Notes: generated by a model from the sequence alone, not told the origin. Shown: positions 13,101-27,136, numbered from the whole stretch's first letter. The stretch: DNA of 63,977 nt, filler included, from Reticulomyxa filosa (GCA_000512085.1; 18 parts of 18 records of this genome joined end to end with filler, not necessarily neighbours in it); one strand, 5' to 3'. Program-made: numbers and translations.

Positions 13101-16100
13101 TCGATGTGACTCAGGAAATGATCCGTCTTGGGTCCGTCTTTATCTCCGAATTCGCGAAGTGGACAACACCATTCACGCAACACGATCACTTTGGCGGACA
13201 GACTTCGCAATGACTTGCGTCGTTTCCCTCCCAAAGCCCTGTCTTTGGCCTTCATTTCAGTGTCTTCGCGGAGATCGGTGAGTTCCAGAAGTTTGTGCAA
13301 AGTGTTGCTACGAAGCAGACCTCGCGTCTGATGGGTTTCGATGAACCGTAAGAACGTTTGCAGTGGTGTGCTGGACTGAAGGAAAGTGACTAACAGGTCG
13401 GGAAGCGACATTTGATGACTTTGATTCTCCTTCCTTTGCTTCTTATAAAACAGCATACTGTTCAATGTCTGCCATGTCGAAAAGGCGGCTTTCCACGAAT
13501 CCAACTCGGACTTGGTGCTCGAGGCGTGTCTCTCAAGTGACTGCAGCTTTGAAATCTGCACGGCAAAGGAAAAGTCGGGCAGCTCTTCGTCCGAAGTGAT
13601 GCCTTCCATGTACATTCGACAATAGGGACGTATGGACAACAAAAACTTGGCTTTTTCGATCATTTCGTGACACAGGCCTTCGTACGTGGCTTTGTCTTCC
13701 ATTTCTTTCATTTGTGCTCCGGACAATTCATCACCTTTTTCTTTGGCCTCCACGACCATTCGCTCGTAGTTTTGCTGCAGCGATTGCTTCTCGTTGATAA
13801 TCCATTGTCGAAGACGTTTGGCCAATTTGAACACAAACAGTAACTTTTGATTCCACTGATTTTGCGTTTGACTCGGTGGTGTGGTGGAATCCGAACCAGA
13901 AGCAAACTTTCTGGCAATTTCGACCAAGCCCAAGTGCTTCAAAAGTGCGGCAATGGCATACGAAATGGTTTGATCCACGACCTTTCCTCCCATGCGATCG
14001 GTCGCTTCTTTTTTCAACTGATCAAACATCTTCCGCGCAAAATCGGCAGCCTTGGAATCTGTCTTCATCACGGCCAAGTCTTCTAAGAAACTTTGATGAG
14101 ATACCACTGGAGACCACGAAGGCGAAGAGGGGATATCTCCACTTATCTTGGGCTTCAAATGACTTTGTGGTGACTTGTCTTCCACCGATTTGTCCTTCCC
14201 GCTTGCTCCTTCTTGTTCTCGACGCTCTCGCTCTTTGCTGTCGTCCTTGCCTTGTTCCGACTTCTCTTCCGATAATTGCATCTCTCGGCCTTTGCTAAAC
14301 AACGGTGACTCTAACCACTTCGAATGTGCCTTTTCCAAGTCATTAGGCTCGCGACCCACCATCAAACTGCGCAGACTCCTGCCTACCGCGTTGGCCGTAG
14401 TGTGCAACAAGTCAAACATGGCCGAGTGGTTGGGGTAATGTCCAAACTTAATTCCTGTGACCAAACAGGCGTAACCCCAGTAGTTTTGGCTTTGTTGTCC
14501 GGACAAGCCCGACGTGAATCGGAATATGATTTCGTTGTGCGGGATTATCAATGGCGCAGAGTTCCATTCGTTTGGCGGTCCATGCAACTCACTGCAAATC
14601 GGAGTGCCGTCCGTCAGACACAGCTGCAGATAATCTTGTCCACGTTCTGTGTTGCATCGCTCGTCAAATTGCAACACCAAATAATTTGCGCCGGGAATCG
14701 ATACCAACTTTTCGTCCAATGTGTTGGGCAAGTACGAGTGGGGCGACTCCACCAACACCGAGTTGTCACCAGGAAGGAGCTCGCCATTGTATAACCGTGA
14801 CAATTCATTGGCTATTGCAGGGTCCATATTGCTCAAGTCATCCAAAATGTGTAACACTTCAATGAGATCTTGCCATGTTTCTATTGGTATGCATATGTGT
14901 ATATATATACATATATATAATTTTCTTAGTTTCAAAAAATCAAACAATAAATGAATTAATAACTTTCCACAATTTCTCGAAATGTCTCCACAAAAACAAT
15001 TCCAGAAAGAGCTGTCAGTAGCGGCAAAAACAATTTGGAGATGAAACAGTTTGAAATGATGTTCAAACACTCGACTCGAAATTCGAGATACTGTGGAAAC
15101 ACATGCTGTGTCAACACCAAGATGGTTGCTTGCGTAATTTTCAAGATGTATTCCTCCAACACTTTCACATCACTGTGCGTCGACAACTTTCGAGTGTTTG
15201 CTCTCAACAGCAACTCGCGTTGAAGGATTGCCAATAGTTTTGTCAACGGAGATGGCACCGGCATGGCTTGCTTCAATGTGAAATCGGGCTTTTCTTCTTT
15301 CGCTTGGCTTTCTTTTGGCTCGGTTGTTGATTTGCTTGTGTCTTGTGTCGTTGCAATATCATTCGTTTTCGCAAGGGAGGGCTCTTCTACGTTTGTTTTT
15401 TCTTTTTCTTTTTCTTTGTTTTTATCATCCTCTTTTGCTACTGGCTGTGACTTTGCACAAGTGCATTTCGTGCTTCCCAGTCTTCCTTTCGTTTTGTTAT
15501 GTCTTGATTGTATTGATGAATATCCTTGACGCGCTTGCAAATGTCGGAAACTTCGTCGACGCAACTTTGCAAGAGAAAGAACAAGAGTTTTTGACTTTGA
15601 AATGGGTCTTCGCCTTCCAGATGTTGCTTTTGCTCCGCTTCTAAACCACGGCCCCATTGTTGTTGTCGAGGTGAACTGCTCTCTACGATCACAGCGCTTT
15701 CCTCCTTCTTTTCTTCTTCTTTTTTTCTTCTTCTCGGTGTCTTTCGTCCGCATCGTCATCGGAACTCTCTTCCGCTTCGCTCTCGCTGACCATAGCCCTC
15801 TGACGCTCCGTGCGTTCTCGAGCACGAGCAACATTTTCTTGATATTGTTGCTGCGATGCCTGCTGTTGTGATTGGAACAATGCTTGATGCAGTTCTCCTG
15901 ACAAATGGTCTCGCGCGAGGAATCTTGCAAATGTACTTTTTTTTTTTTTAATAAAAAAATTGTAAAAGAAAAGTTTGGATATACATATATACATATACAT
16001 ATACATATATATGTATATATGTATGTTTATGTATATTTATGTATATATACCCCTCCTCGGCCACGACCTCGACCACGGCCACCACGACCACGCCCGGATC

Positions 16101-19100
16101 CATCCCAACCATCATTTCCTTGCCTGCTGTTTTGTCCTGCGGCCGATCTCCACATCTGCGCGATTTCATTGACGGCGGCTGCCTGTTCACTGTTATTGAT
16201 TGTGAAGGCGCTCAGCACGTTCTGAGGATCGTCGAGATTCAAATGCTGATACGCCGCAAACGGGTCTTGCGCCTCGGCATCGTAGATATTGTTCACGTAA
16301 GCTAAGCTTTCGTCAGTTTGCGCAGCTGCGTCGCGGTCTTGTTGCAATCGCAAAAACTGCTCCCTTTGCAGCGCGTGCAATTGCTCCAGCTCCTGTGCCC
16401 TTTCCCTCGCTCTCTGCGCTGCTTCTTCCAACTGTCTCTCTCTTCGATCTAGCTACGTTTTGCACTTCACTTTCATGCTGTGCCAGCTGATCTGCTATCA
16501 CGCGTTGACTCTCCTCTATCTGCTGACTACGTAATTCTAATTGACCCAACAAGTCCGCTACCCGTGCATGGTTTATGCTTTCCGCGGCAGCACTTGAGCC
16601 TGCATTGGCATTGGCATTGGCATTGGCATTGGCATTGGCATTGGCATTAGAATTGGAGTTTGGATTAGCGCTTGCATTGGAATTGGAATTGGGGTTTGGG
16701 TTTGCATTGACATTGGCCTCAGGATTTGCATTGGCATTTGCATCAGGAATGGCATTCATGTTGGCATTGACATTTGCACTTGCACTTGCACTTGCGCTTG
16801 CATTTGCATCGGGATTGGCAGCATTTACATTAACATCATTAATTACGTGTAATCCACTCACCAAATCTTGGAAATCTTCAAATTCTGCAGAGTGTTGGCG
16901 AGCACTCATTTCCAAAACTGCTTGCATTTCCAAGTCCTCATCCGCGACCAGTGGGCTCGCGCCACGAAGATTACGACTCAACTCGAACAAATCCGAAGAC
17001 TGTGCAAAGTTGTTAGCAGCATACCTGCTGGAATACTGTCCAATTGCATCACTACCAAAATATCCCGCTGGCATTCACATACACACAAAAAAATTTAATT
17101 TTTATGAATTATCGTTTTGAACGTTATGCAATCTCTGCATCTACAACAAAAGAGGAGGAAAAAAAGGTAGACACATATAGACCTCCGTTGTTTTCGTTAT
17201 TTTCATTGTTTTCATTATTACTGCGATTGTCAAAATTACCCCAAAAAGCACGTCTTTGAAAAGCATTGTTATTATTGTTATTGTTGTTGTTATTGTTGTT
17301 ATTGTTATTGTTGTTATTGTTATTGTTGTTATTGTTATTTTATTGTTATTATTATTGTTATTATTATTATTATTATTATTGTTGTTTTCAGCGGCATTGT
17401 TACTTGCAACTCCAAGTCGAATCAATGAGTCCAACAGTCTTCTATCTCGAGCATCGTTATCAGCAGCCGGTGGGACTGGACTCGAGGATGATTCCGCAGC
17501 TGCTTCACGGCCGCTATTGGCATTGGCTCGGTTGGCCTGATACCTTCGAATAATGGCTTGCACCCCTGTCAATTCAGCTTGTTCTTGTTGAGCCTGCGCT
17601 TGTTCACGTTTCTATTACAAATTGAGTAAGAATTGTATGTTGTGTAATGTTCAGATATTCAAAGTAAGCACATGTTCGGAAATAGGATTTCCAAATACAC
17701 AAAATGGGATAACTGAGGGATTTTTTTTGTCGACGTTAGTCAAGTCGTCAATGAATTTCTGTTTTTTCGCTTCGATTCGGGATTCAAAGTCTTCCAAATC
17801 CTCCAATTCATTTGGTAGCAACGACGCCAATGCAATTAGTTTTCCCAATATTTCATCTGAGCATTTGTAGTATTTGCTGTGATCCGGCTCGGTCAATGTG
17901 ATCACGTGTTTTTTGACGGCTTTAATTATTTCATCATCGTTGCTTGTGTCATTGTCTTTTTTGCCTGATAATTTTTTCGCTGACGTCTCTGCATTTGCAT
18001 GTTTGTTGTCGTGTTTTTTAAAAAAAGGTATATCACTCCAATAGAACTTGTAAACATAAAAAGAGACGCGAAAAAGGCATAAAATTGTACAATAGACAAT
18101 GTATGCATATGTATGTGTATATGTATATTCATTTGGTTGCACGAATAGAATATGTCATTGCAAATTTGTAAAGTTGCTCTAAACTCAATTTCTTTAGTTT
18201 TCCCTTTAGCGCTTGGGCACTCTTGGCCGCAGCACTGATATCTTTGTTTGCTTGTGTGTCACTCTGTTTTGGTTTCAGAGTGTCTCTTTCTTCCTCGTTT
18301 TGTTGTTGCTTCAGTTTGAAGGCGACAAAGTAGTCATTCCTTCCAAAGAAATAGCAAATGAAATGGATTTTAGTTTCTTTCGAAAAAAAGGGAGTCACGC
18401 CTTCAATCTATTCCATGTTTTGTGCGGTGACTCAAGTCCAAATTATTACAGCGTGCAAAACAGCAAAAACGTACACTCCAAAAAATATATATGTAAAGAA
18501 ATAAATATGCATAGTTAGTGAATTACATAAATATAAACGCTCTTTAAAAAAATAAAAATAAAAAAACAATGGAAACTTCAAGTCTCTTTCGTGAGCGAAT
18601 CTTGGCTAAGAAAGCTCTTTGTAATATATCAAAGCGAGCGTCAATGAGATGATGGAAAGGGTCATTATTTCGCACCAAATACCCCATTTCTCGTTGCAAA
18701 TATTTGATTTGTTTTGTTTGGAATTCGTTGAGACGGTACATCACAGAGTGATTGGAATCCACGACAGCCTGTGAATTCACTTTGGCCTTGTCTTCCATTA
18801 GCTCGTCTTCTATACCATCGCCATGGCTGCTATGGCCTCGTTCGAGTTCACTTTCTTGCCATTTTTGTCTATTTCGTGTTATTTTTTTTTTTTTATTATT
18901 ATTTATCATTTATTGTTTGATATCTATTATTTATTGTTTGTTGTCGTTCTTTCTTTTGCACGTACGCACAAGCGTACAATACATGGTACATAAATAAAAC
19001 GCATCAAATCGATTATTGGATCACTCAACAAAAATGAGGTGGTGTTTGCTGCCACGAAAATGTTTCCGATATCTGCCAATTTCGCGCGTCGGGTTATTGC

Positions 19101-19581
19101 TTTGTCATACTCTTGTCTAATATATTCACACATCTACTTCATTGTAGATTGGCTTATTCCATTTAAAATAAGAAAGAAAAAAAATGAAGAAGAAAATTTT
19201 TTTTCCCCCCTCCCTCCTCTTGCTCCCCCCCTTTTTCTTCCCATCCAAAAAAAATAAATAAATATTTGAAGTTTTTTTTGTTCAAACAATAAACTTGTCT
19301 TTTCCTCGATCTACTGCTCCGTTGCATAATGCGACTGAATAGTGTCGTGGGAAATCCACACCGAACAATTTATCCTCCTTTTTTTTTATTGTTGTAAGTT
19401 CACTTGCTGTGTCTCACTTGGTACGTTTTAAAAAATGCTCGGCTATTTGAAAAAAAAAAAAAAAACAACTATTTATACGTAAAAAGCCACTTACATCATA
19501 AGATAGAAGCAATTCATCTTGTTGAAATGATCCTCGCAGTGCATTGTCGGTTAAGTTCTGCTCCGTCAATACGTTGCCCAT
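7102..19581 (-). CDS. Giant multi-exon HERC/HECTD4/MYCBP2-like scaffold (probable E3 ligase; 3' end cut by contig end)
   Basis: Start MGNVLT at 19581. UIM-like [16 protein letters not shown] (~16945-16895), RGG box (~16100), CUB-like ESPHSY..IPGA..L.LQFDERC.TE..QDYL (~14760-14450) and a second ESPHKPY..VPGA copy (~8210-7910), [17 protein letters not shown] motif (~11470), RanBP2/NZF finger [14 protein letters not shown] (~10940-10875), SPRY (YYFEVKI..VAIG..GDVIGL..FFTRNG..YPMV..VNLGQ, ~10260-9770), UBA-like (~9660-9560). Several single-base frameshifts. No catalytic HECT/RING domain visible. Confidence 0.75.
16603..16810. repeat. Coding hexanucleotide repeat (GCATTG)n giving Asn-Ala dipeptides
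   Basis: Tandem GCATTG/GCACTT variants inside the giant gene, translating as NANANA/ASASAS on the minus strand. Confidence 0.9.
17263..17385. repeat. Coding (TTA/TTG)n trinucleotide repeat, poly-Asn on minus strand
   Basis: About 120 bp of TTA/TTG triplets. Confidence 0.9.
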
Positions 19582-20146
19582 TTGCTATGTTAACTTCGTT
19601 TTCGCTATAAGTTTCGCTTGTTTACCAAACGAAAATAACAACAAAAAAATAGAAATCAGCCCAAAAGATATAAATTAAACGCCAACAAAAAATTTCAATA
19701 GGGAGTTAGGCGTTCAAATTATTTGCAACTAGTGGCACGAACAAATATTTCAATTTTTTTGTCGTAAGGGGGATGATTTTTTTGGTTCAATCCCGTTCGT
19801 TAGGACAGTAAAAGCTAAGACAGTCCACAATCGCAAATATTAAACACTGTAAAAATGGAAATTAATTTGTGGCTGTGAAGCACTATTACTTCCGCCCGAG
19901 TATAAATCAATTATTTTGAGATTGAGAGAATTCGATTTTGTGCTTTTCAGATCGCAAACAAATATTACTCATTCCATGAAAAATATGGTTAACTCATTTC
20001 TGCGATGGTAGTCTCTAAAATGAGAAAAAATTTATTAAATGTTTAAAAAAAGTTTATCTAAAAAAAATTTTGGGATATTTCAATTTGAAAATGTTCGTTA
20101 AAAGTTTTGTTTTAGTTTGTGTTGTGCATTCTCTTCGTCCTCTGAT

Positions 20147-20862
20147 TTAGTCAATATCGATCACCTCTAAATCCTCTGGACTATTGTTATTTGTCGTTGT
20201 CTTGTGAGTTGTATTTTCTGCAGTGCCTTCATTTTTGCCATTTTTTTGATGAAAAGAAGTGAGCAAAGGCAAGATTCGCGCAAAAATTGTTTCATTGGAC
20301 GAATAGACAGATTTATGATCATAGGGGGGAATGATACGTACATTATTTCCAATTACAATATCGTCATTTTTGATATCTGCAGGTATGTGTTGCTATGTTT
20401 GTTGCCACAAAAGAAATATTTATATTGAACTTTTTGAATGAGATAGAAAAGTTTCTATTTAACTTCTTGGAGATATTTCACCAATTTTAGTTGCGTTTCT
20501 TTGTCGTCAGATGATAAATGATAGTGCCCAGTTGGACCATCAGACGACTGATTCAATATTTTTTGTGCGTTGCTTAAAATGTTTTCCGCAAAAACATTAG
20601 ATGAGTCCGTTTTTTGTTCATTTTGGTTTTTGTTTGTACTCTCGTCAGTAATGGAGATATCACAAATTGTATCGCCATTTAACCATAGAAGCGTGTTCTC
20701 GTCAGTTGCATCATCCCTCTCGCTCGTTTGCAGAATGATTGAATACGTAACAGGATCGAATCCAAACAAAATTCCTTCCAAGATTTTTTTATCTGGCTTG
20801 ATTAAAGAAACTTTCACCTTTGAAGTCAAAGGAATTTTTGGTAGGGTTGTCCTCCATGACAT
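20147..20862 (-). CDS. LSM12: LSM12-like protein (Lsm domain + anticodon-binding-like domain)
   Basis: N-terminal KVKVSL..LEGILFGFDPVTYSIIL (Sm fold). After one intron, DIVIGNNVRIIPPY matches LSM12 NIVVMEEVVITPPY. Stop at 20147. Confidence 0.7.
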
Positions 20863-21461
20863 TTCTCCCCCCTTTTCGAGCTTTAATTCTAACAAAAAGA
20901 CGTTTCGTTTTTTTAACTGTGAATCAAAATGAAGCGAAACTATTTGGTATTTTTAGCTTATACGAATAACTGATGTATTTCAGTCAAGTATAATGTGAGC
21001 ACATAATATGCGAGTAACATTGTAATTTGTACTGTGGAGTGTTAATGAAGGGTACAATCATACTGTTTCTTGTCAAATCTATGTGTAATATCCTGTCGCT
21101 GCATCAACTTTGAAAAAGACGTAGATTACTTGATTGATGTCATTGCGATGCCAGATCGAGTGTACGTTTAGTGGAAGAGCACATAATAGCTGTTACAGTT
21201 CTTTCTTGCAACAACTGAAAATTAATCTTTTAAAATAGTCAAAACAAAACGAAATAAAAAAAAAGTTTAGTATTCATCGTCAATAAAAGAAAGTTGGATA
21301 CATCGAAGAATAATTTTCGTGCAATAGTCTAAGTATTTTGTTTCTCCATACTCAAAGTGTTGAATAAAGCCTATTTTTGTGATGGTAATCACAAGTATTG
21401 CATATCGTTTTTGAGCATTCTGGGCAATATTATGTCTTCTTCTTTCTACATTTCTTTGATT

Positions 21462-22165
21462 TTACTGTTTTTTTTCATCTTCGCTGTCCGACAATTCGAT
21501 CACGCTATTTTTTTTTTTTGTTTGTTTGAACAAATTTGAATTTTGTTCGTTATGTACCGTGAATATATACGTAAATGCAAACGCAAATATCAACAAAGCT
21601 CTTGACACATACCTGGATTTATTTCGATTTGACTGGTTTTCATGTGTTTGAGCAGACTCAGTGTTACGTCTCGACTGTGCCATTGGCTCGTCATCTAAGA
21701 TAACGCACGGATCGGTACTAGTTCCGGCTGTTTGTATCTCTGGCTGAGGCGGTCCAACATTTGAAAGATGTCAGCAAGTGAAAACTGTTGATACTCGTCA
21801 TTATCTTTTTCTTTCTTTTTTTTTTTCCCCCCCCCCCCGGCAAAAAAAAAAAAAAAAAAAAAAGATTTAATAAAAAAGCGACTAATAAAAAGACATGAAC
21901 AGAGGATTGAATGATTTACCTGTGGTCTCTGCAGCCGATGTTTCTTCCTGAGGCAAAGCGCTGCTTGTGTTATTGCACGGAGGCGACAACGATGAAAGTG
22001 ATTCTTCTACGTTAGCAGTAGTGGACTTAATTGTGGTTGAAAATAGACTCGTTGTTTTCGGTGGGACAATAGAGTTGTCTTTGACAAGTGGTGCTAATTT
22101 GTGCGTATTATCACTGTGCCCGCTTTTATTGATTAACCTTCGTCTCCTTTTTTTTTTTTTTTTTT
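21462..22165 (-). CDS. C-terminal exons of a hypothetical S/T-rich protein with SIM-like motifs
   Basis: Spliced low-complexity exons with VILDDE and terminal VIELSDSEDE (hydrophobic core plus acidic tail). 5' truncated. Confidence 0.4.
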
Positions 22166-22265
22166 NNNNNNNNNNNNNNNNNNNNNNNNNNNNNNNNNNN
22201 NNNNNNNNNTTAATTAATTAANNNNNNNNNNNNNNNNNNNNNNNNNNNNNNNNNNNNNNNNNNNN

Positions 22266-23533
22266 ATATATATATATATGTACATATATGTATATGGATA
22301 TGCATATAAAAAAAAAGCAGCATCAATATGCAAGACTCTCTTAACAGTGAAAGACGGATAGATGGTCTGCAATTGCTTGGACAACTGTCCAACAACAGAG
22401 CGGACATACTCTTTCAAATCGTCAAATTTGGAGCCAATGTCTGGAATGGCCACTTGGGCAACTTGGGATTGTGTCGGTGGATTCGTTTCATGCGAATCCA
22501 CAATGGTCTTTATTTCGCGCAGCAAGTCTACCATTTCGCCCTGATCTGTGGGGTCTTTGACCATTTTCTTGTATACACACACACACACACACAAATGCAA
22601 GTAATTATATATGCTAATACACACACAAAAGCACAACAGTCACACCTCCTGACATTCGGTGACTAAGGATAGTTGTTTGTTCTGTCTTAAAGTGGCCACC
22701 TCGTCTCGTATCATTTTTAGCATTAGCATCATTTGACCAGATTTGTCTTCACGTTCACTCTGTCGTCTGTTTTTTTATATATTTTTTTTAACACTTCAAA
22801 CAAAGAAAAAAAAAGAAATACAAACGTGGACATTCTCGGCGACAATGATCCAGTGCGATAAATGTCATCGGTACCAATATCTTCTTCCAAGTCATTGGAA
22901 GAAAGGGCTTGGACTAAGCTATGCGTGCGAGGATGTTCCATGCTATTGGTAGTGCTGGGCGCTCGACAGTGAATGGCGAAAGGAACTGCGCCTGAGTCTG
23001 CGGTATTTTTTGGGACGGGCTCGAAGAAGGACTAGGACGAGTTTGAGTCAGTGTTGCATTTGGTGTTGCGTTCAGTGTTGTTGCAACCATTGGTCTAGTT
23101 GGAGACAGTCCTTCCATGGCTTGTTTCAATTGTCCATTTTCCTTTTTTTTTTGTACAACACACAAATATACATATATATGTACATATATAAAATAAAATA
23201 AAATAAATATACATATATATATTACTTGATTGGCATTTTCCAAAGCAGCTCGTGTTTTGGACAGCTCATCGGTGACCACATTAAGATAATGGAGTTGGCT
23301 TTTGAGCATTTGATTTTCCTCAAAGCACGAGTTGAAGCGCCTCCTTACATCTTCCAACTCCTTCTGCGCATTCCTCAAGTCTTGATCTTTTTGTCGCACG
23401 TCCGTTTCGGCAGGGGTCAATTGGCGCTCTAAGCTTTGCAAGTTCTCCTGGTCTTCCTCAAACGCTTCCAGTTGACTTTTCAAATTCTCTAATTCCATGC
23501 GTGCATTGAGAAGTTGTCTTTCCAGTTCAGCTG
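22266..23533 (-). CDS. Internal fragment of a coiled-coil protein
   Basis: Several exons separated by (TA)n-rich introns. Heptad pattern ELENLKSQLEAFEEDQENLQSLERQL. Confidence 0.6.
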
Positions 23534-25559
23534 ACTATATATGCATATATATATATAAGTATATATGNNNNNNNNNNNNNNNNNNNNNNNNNNNNNNNNN
23601 NNNNNNNNNNNTTAATTAATTAANNNNNNNNNNNNNNNNNNNNNNNNNNNNNNNNNNNNNNNNNNNNTCAATCGCTCCATTCTGTCCAGCCTTCCCATTT
23701 TCCAAATTGCATCACCATGTCCAGTCGCATTACCAAGTTCCATTGAAACATTATAACGTTTGATATCAACACGACGATTAAGCATACAAGACCAGCAATT
23801 GACAATAAATAAAAAACTAATTACAATGTCTCTGTTGTTGTTGTTCGAATTTCTTTTTTTCACTGGAGTCCATTCTTTTTTTACTTGAGCACATTTTTTG
23901 TTCATTGTGGTCCATTTTTTTTTTCAATAGGGTCCATTTTCTTTTTTAATACTTTGGACGATGTTTTGTTGGACTTTTTTTTTTTTAATCATTTGGACAA
24001 TGCCTTGCCATTTTTTTTCCAATAATTTGAACGATGTCTTGTCCATTTTTTTTCATTACAATAATTTCGTGTATGTTCAAATTGATCTTTGGCATTTCGG
24101 TTCTGTCAATCTGTACATCATCACAAGCATATACAAATAAATAAAAAATAAAACAAAACTTTTATAATATAATCTTTTCTCTTTTTGAAAAAATCGATCT
24201 TGATACTTTCATCTATTATGCACATACAATATAAAAAAAACAACCTAACATACAAACTTATTTTTTTTATTTTCAAAACCAAAAAAACAATAGAACACTC
24301 TTTTGGAATGTATTTCGTAATTGTTAAGATAATATCCATATTTTCTTATGATTAGGTCCATTTGTGTTACATGCAGTGCGAAGTTCTAACAGATTGATGA
24401 AAAGAGACCACACGATGATAAAAGCGCTTACTGTGCTGATGACGGCAGTTGCAAGACATTTATTCGCATTTTGATCATTATTTCCACCTTTTGTACCTTT
24501 TTCCACAGTTGCTTTTTTTTTTTCCACCAATTGTACCTTTTTTTCACTTGCCTTTTTTTTTTCAATCTTTTTTTCTAACGAGGAAGAGGGGATCATCACT
24601 TTTATTTGCTTGTTGGGTATGTGTGTGTGTTTCAATCACCTTTTTTTTTTTTATACATTTGTTGTTTTGATCACTATCTCATACAAGTGATCTGAGCCGA
24701 TATAATAATTATCAAAGTGGATTTTATATCTCATAATCAAAGGACCCCATTTACAGGAACACCATTACTAGACTGCAATATCCACTTAATATTGATATAG
24801 AAAATAATATCCAACAAAATCCATAGTAATAATAAAAAAAAAAACAATATGAGTAAGAAGCAATCACCACAGCAGTAACGTCTCGATGCGGTCGATATAA
24901 CCACTTTCTATGAAAAAGGGGATGATCGACATATTATAGTCTCTTTTTTTTCCACATTTGCTTATTTGTTTATTTCATCCAATACTTGTTCCATTTATTC
25001 TTTTCTTCTTTCAAGCTTTGAGACAATTCTGAACTTGTCTCTTTTGTCTGTTCTGTTTCTTATTCATATCTTTCTCCTTGTACGCAAATTCATCTTTCAT
25101 TTCATCTGGGGTAACACATGATTCGGATTGTGACATCTTATCTCTTTATGATGGCTTGATGATGGCTTGATGATGCGGTAGTTTTTTTTTTACCTTCAAT
25201 AGAAATAAAAGGTTAAAATCACTCTAACTTTTTTTTTTTGGTACTTTGATTACACTTTATATTTCACCGTAATAGTATTTTTGTTACTTTGAGTTATTTT
25301 AAAAAGNNNNNNNNNNNNNNNNNNNNNNNNNNNNNNNNNNNNNNNNNNNNTTAATTAATTAANNNNNNNNNNNNNNNNNNNNNNNNNNNNNNNNNNNNNN
25401 NNNNNNTTTTTTTTTTTTTTTTTTTTTTTTTTTTTGAAAAAAAAAATAAAAAAATATATATAAATATATGTACATATATTTATATATTTTATGAAAGTAG
25501 ATACACTGTGTCCTATTGATCTTACAAAAAACGAAAAAAAATTGTGCAGAAAGGATACG

Positions 25560-25972
25560 TATTTTGCTTTTTTTTTTTGACAATTGTTACCATCGTTGAG
25601 ATCCTGCAAAGTCCTTTTTTGTGCTGTCATGTTGGTAATGACGGGTGACGGCGCATTGTCGCTTTTATGTACACTGACCGACATAATCTTACCGGCTTTG
25701 AGGATTCTTGTTTTGACAGTGGACTCGGGGAAGATTGGAATGTATTTATTGCTGTGGCGGACTCGTACAAGCACGCTCGACTCGTTGGTAATGCCCACTT
25801 TGCATTGTGCACCTTCGGCAGTCGTGCCAAAAAAGTTGTTACAACTGGTTCGATTATGACCCCGAGCAACACGCTTGCTTGTTTCGGGAGTCGGTATTGC
25901 GGACCCATTGGTCCAAGTTGACAAGGAAGGAGTTGGCATGTGCAACTTTTTCTTCTTTTTTTCCTTGTCCAT
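25560..25972 (-). CDS. First exon of a hypothetical basic protein (3' truncated)
   Basis: ORF MDKEKKKKKLHMPTP.. of about 135 aa, followed by an intron-like sequence to the contig end. No domain recognised. Confidence 0.5.
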
Positions 25973-26269
25973 GTTCAAATCAGGTACTTTGTCGCCAAAT
26001 AATTAATTACAAAATTACACTTTGTGTGTTGTCCCCCTCCCCCTTCTTCTTCTTCTTGTTCCAAAAAATCGTTTTTTTTAGAAAAATGATTGCTAGTTTT
26101 TAAAGATTTGTCAGAGAAAGTACTTCAAGACGCTTTTCATTGCACCAGTCACAACAGGCAATATCAAAAAGTAAATTTAGAAAGAAAAAAACGTGAACAT
26201 GAGATAGGCAAATTCAGGTTCAGTTAGTTCTATTTTACCCCACCCCTTGCCTTTTTATCAACAAAATTG

Positions 26270-27136
26270 TCAATCCTTGTCTTCCGTTTCTTCTCGCACA
26301 GGAACATCATTGATGCAATTATGTGCATCTGGCTCGGCTCTGATGATATTCCGTAAGGCACTCCTAGAGGTAAGCTTGAATTGTTCGCCATAGGGCCACT
26401 TGGTTTCCGAGGAAAAGTAAAATTTAACCCCGTATTCAATGCCTTTAATTGTAAAAGTGAAGTGCGGGCTTTTGATGTTGGTGTCGGGATTGGATTTGGC
26501 GTCATTGTATTCCTTGTCGAACTGTTTCTGTAAATTTGCTGCCACGGATAACCAGGACATCGAGCACTCGTCAAAGTGGAACCACTTTTGATCTGTGCGC
26601 TTTGGTAAATCTTTCTTTTTTGCTTCCGGAGATTTGCAACGTGACACCTTTTTTTTTTCTTCTGGTCTTATGTCGTCACGCTGGGATGATTTTATGTCGT
26701 CGTGTTGGGGTGGTTCTGTGACTTTTTCTTTTTTCGATTTTCCCTGTTGATCCCTTTTAAACATTTCACAAAAATATATACATATACGTACACAATACAT
26801 AAATATAATACTTATTTTGCATTGATAAATATTTTTATCCAAAAAATTTCGTTTTTATCTTTTGAAGTGCAAGGAGAAGAGAGGAAAAAAAAAACAACAA
26901 AACTCCAGTTTTTTTTTTTGGAGATTTTGCATACAAACACAAGCCCTAGCTTTCCTCGTAAAAACTTACTTTTGTTTTCTTTTTTTTTCACGAAGACGTC
27001 TGCGTCGCCTCATTTGCTCTTCTTCGTCACTATCGTACTCAACGTTGTGACGGCACGTACGACATGTTTCCTCGCTGCACGTGCAATGTGAACTAGAAAC
27101 TGGATCACTTTTTTTCACACACGATAAAGTTGCCAT
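26270..27136 (-). CDS. WWE-domain-like protein (2 exons)
   Basis: Exon 1 MATLSC..CTC..CRTC plus a basic stretch, then a GTAAGT intron. Exon 2 has KWFHFDECSMSWLSV..LQKQFDKEY..FTFTIKGIEYGVKF..EQFKLTSRSALRNIIR, a WWE-like pattern. Confidence 0.6.

Noticed and set aside
15440-17345. Several frame switches in the giant gene (~15447, ~15720, ~16440, ~17340), suggesting programmed frameshifting
   Set aside because: They fall in homopolymer or simple-repeat runs, and similar slips occur in unrelated genes (32310, 42375). Sequencing error is the simpler explanation.
16575-17553. Plus-strand ORFs with poly-Leu, ALALAL or VIVVIV tracts
   Set aside because: Antisense readings of the NA and poly-Asn repeats of the minus-strand gene.
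23668-25306. Degenerate ~35-bp repeats (23890-24055) and hydrophobic ORF pieces
   Set aside because: Units are too degenerate and lack unique spacers. The ORFs are broken and I cannot assign a family.
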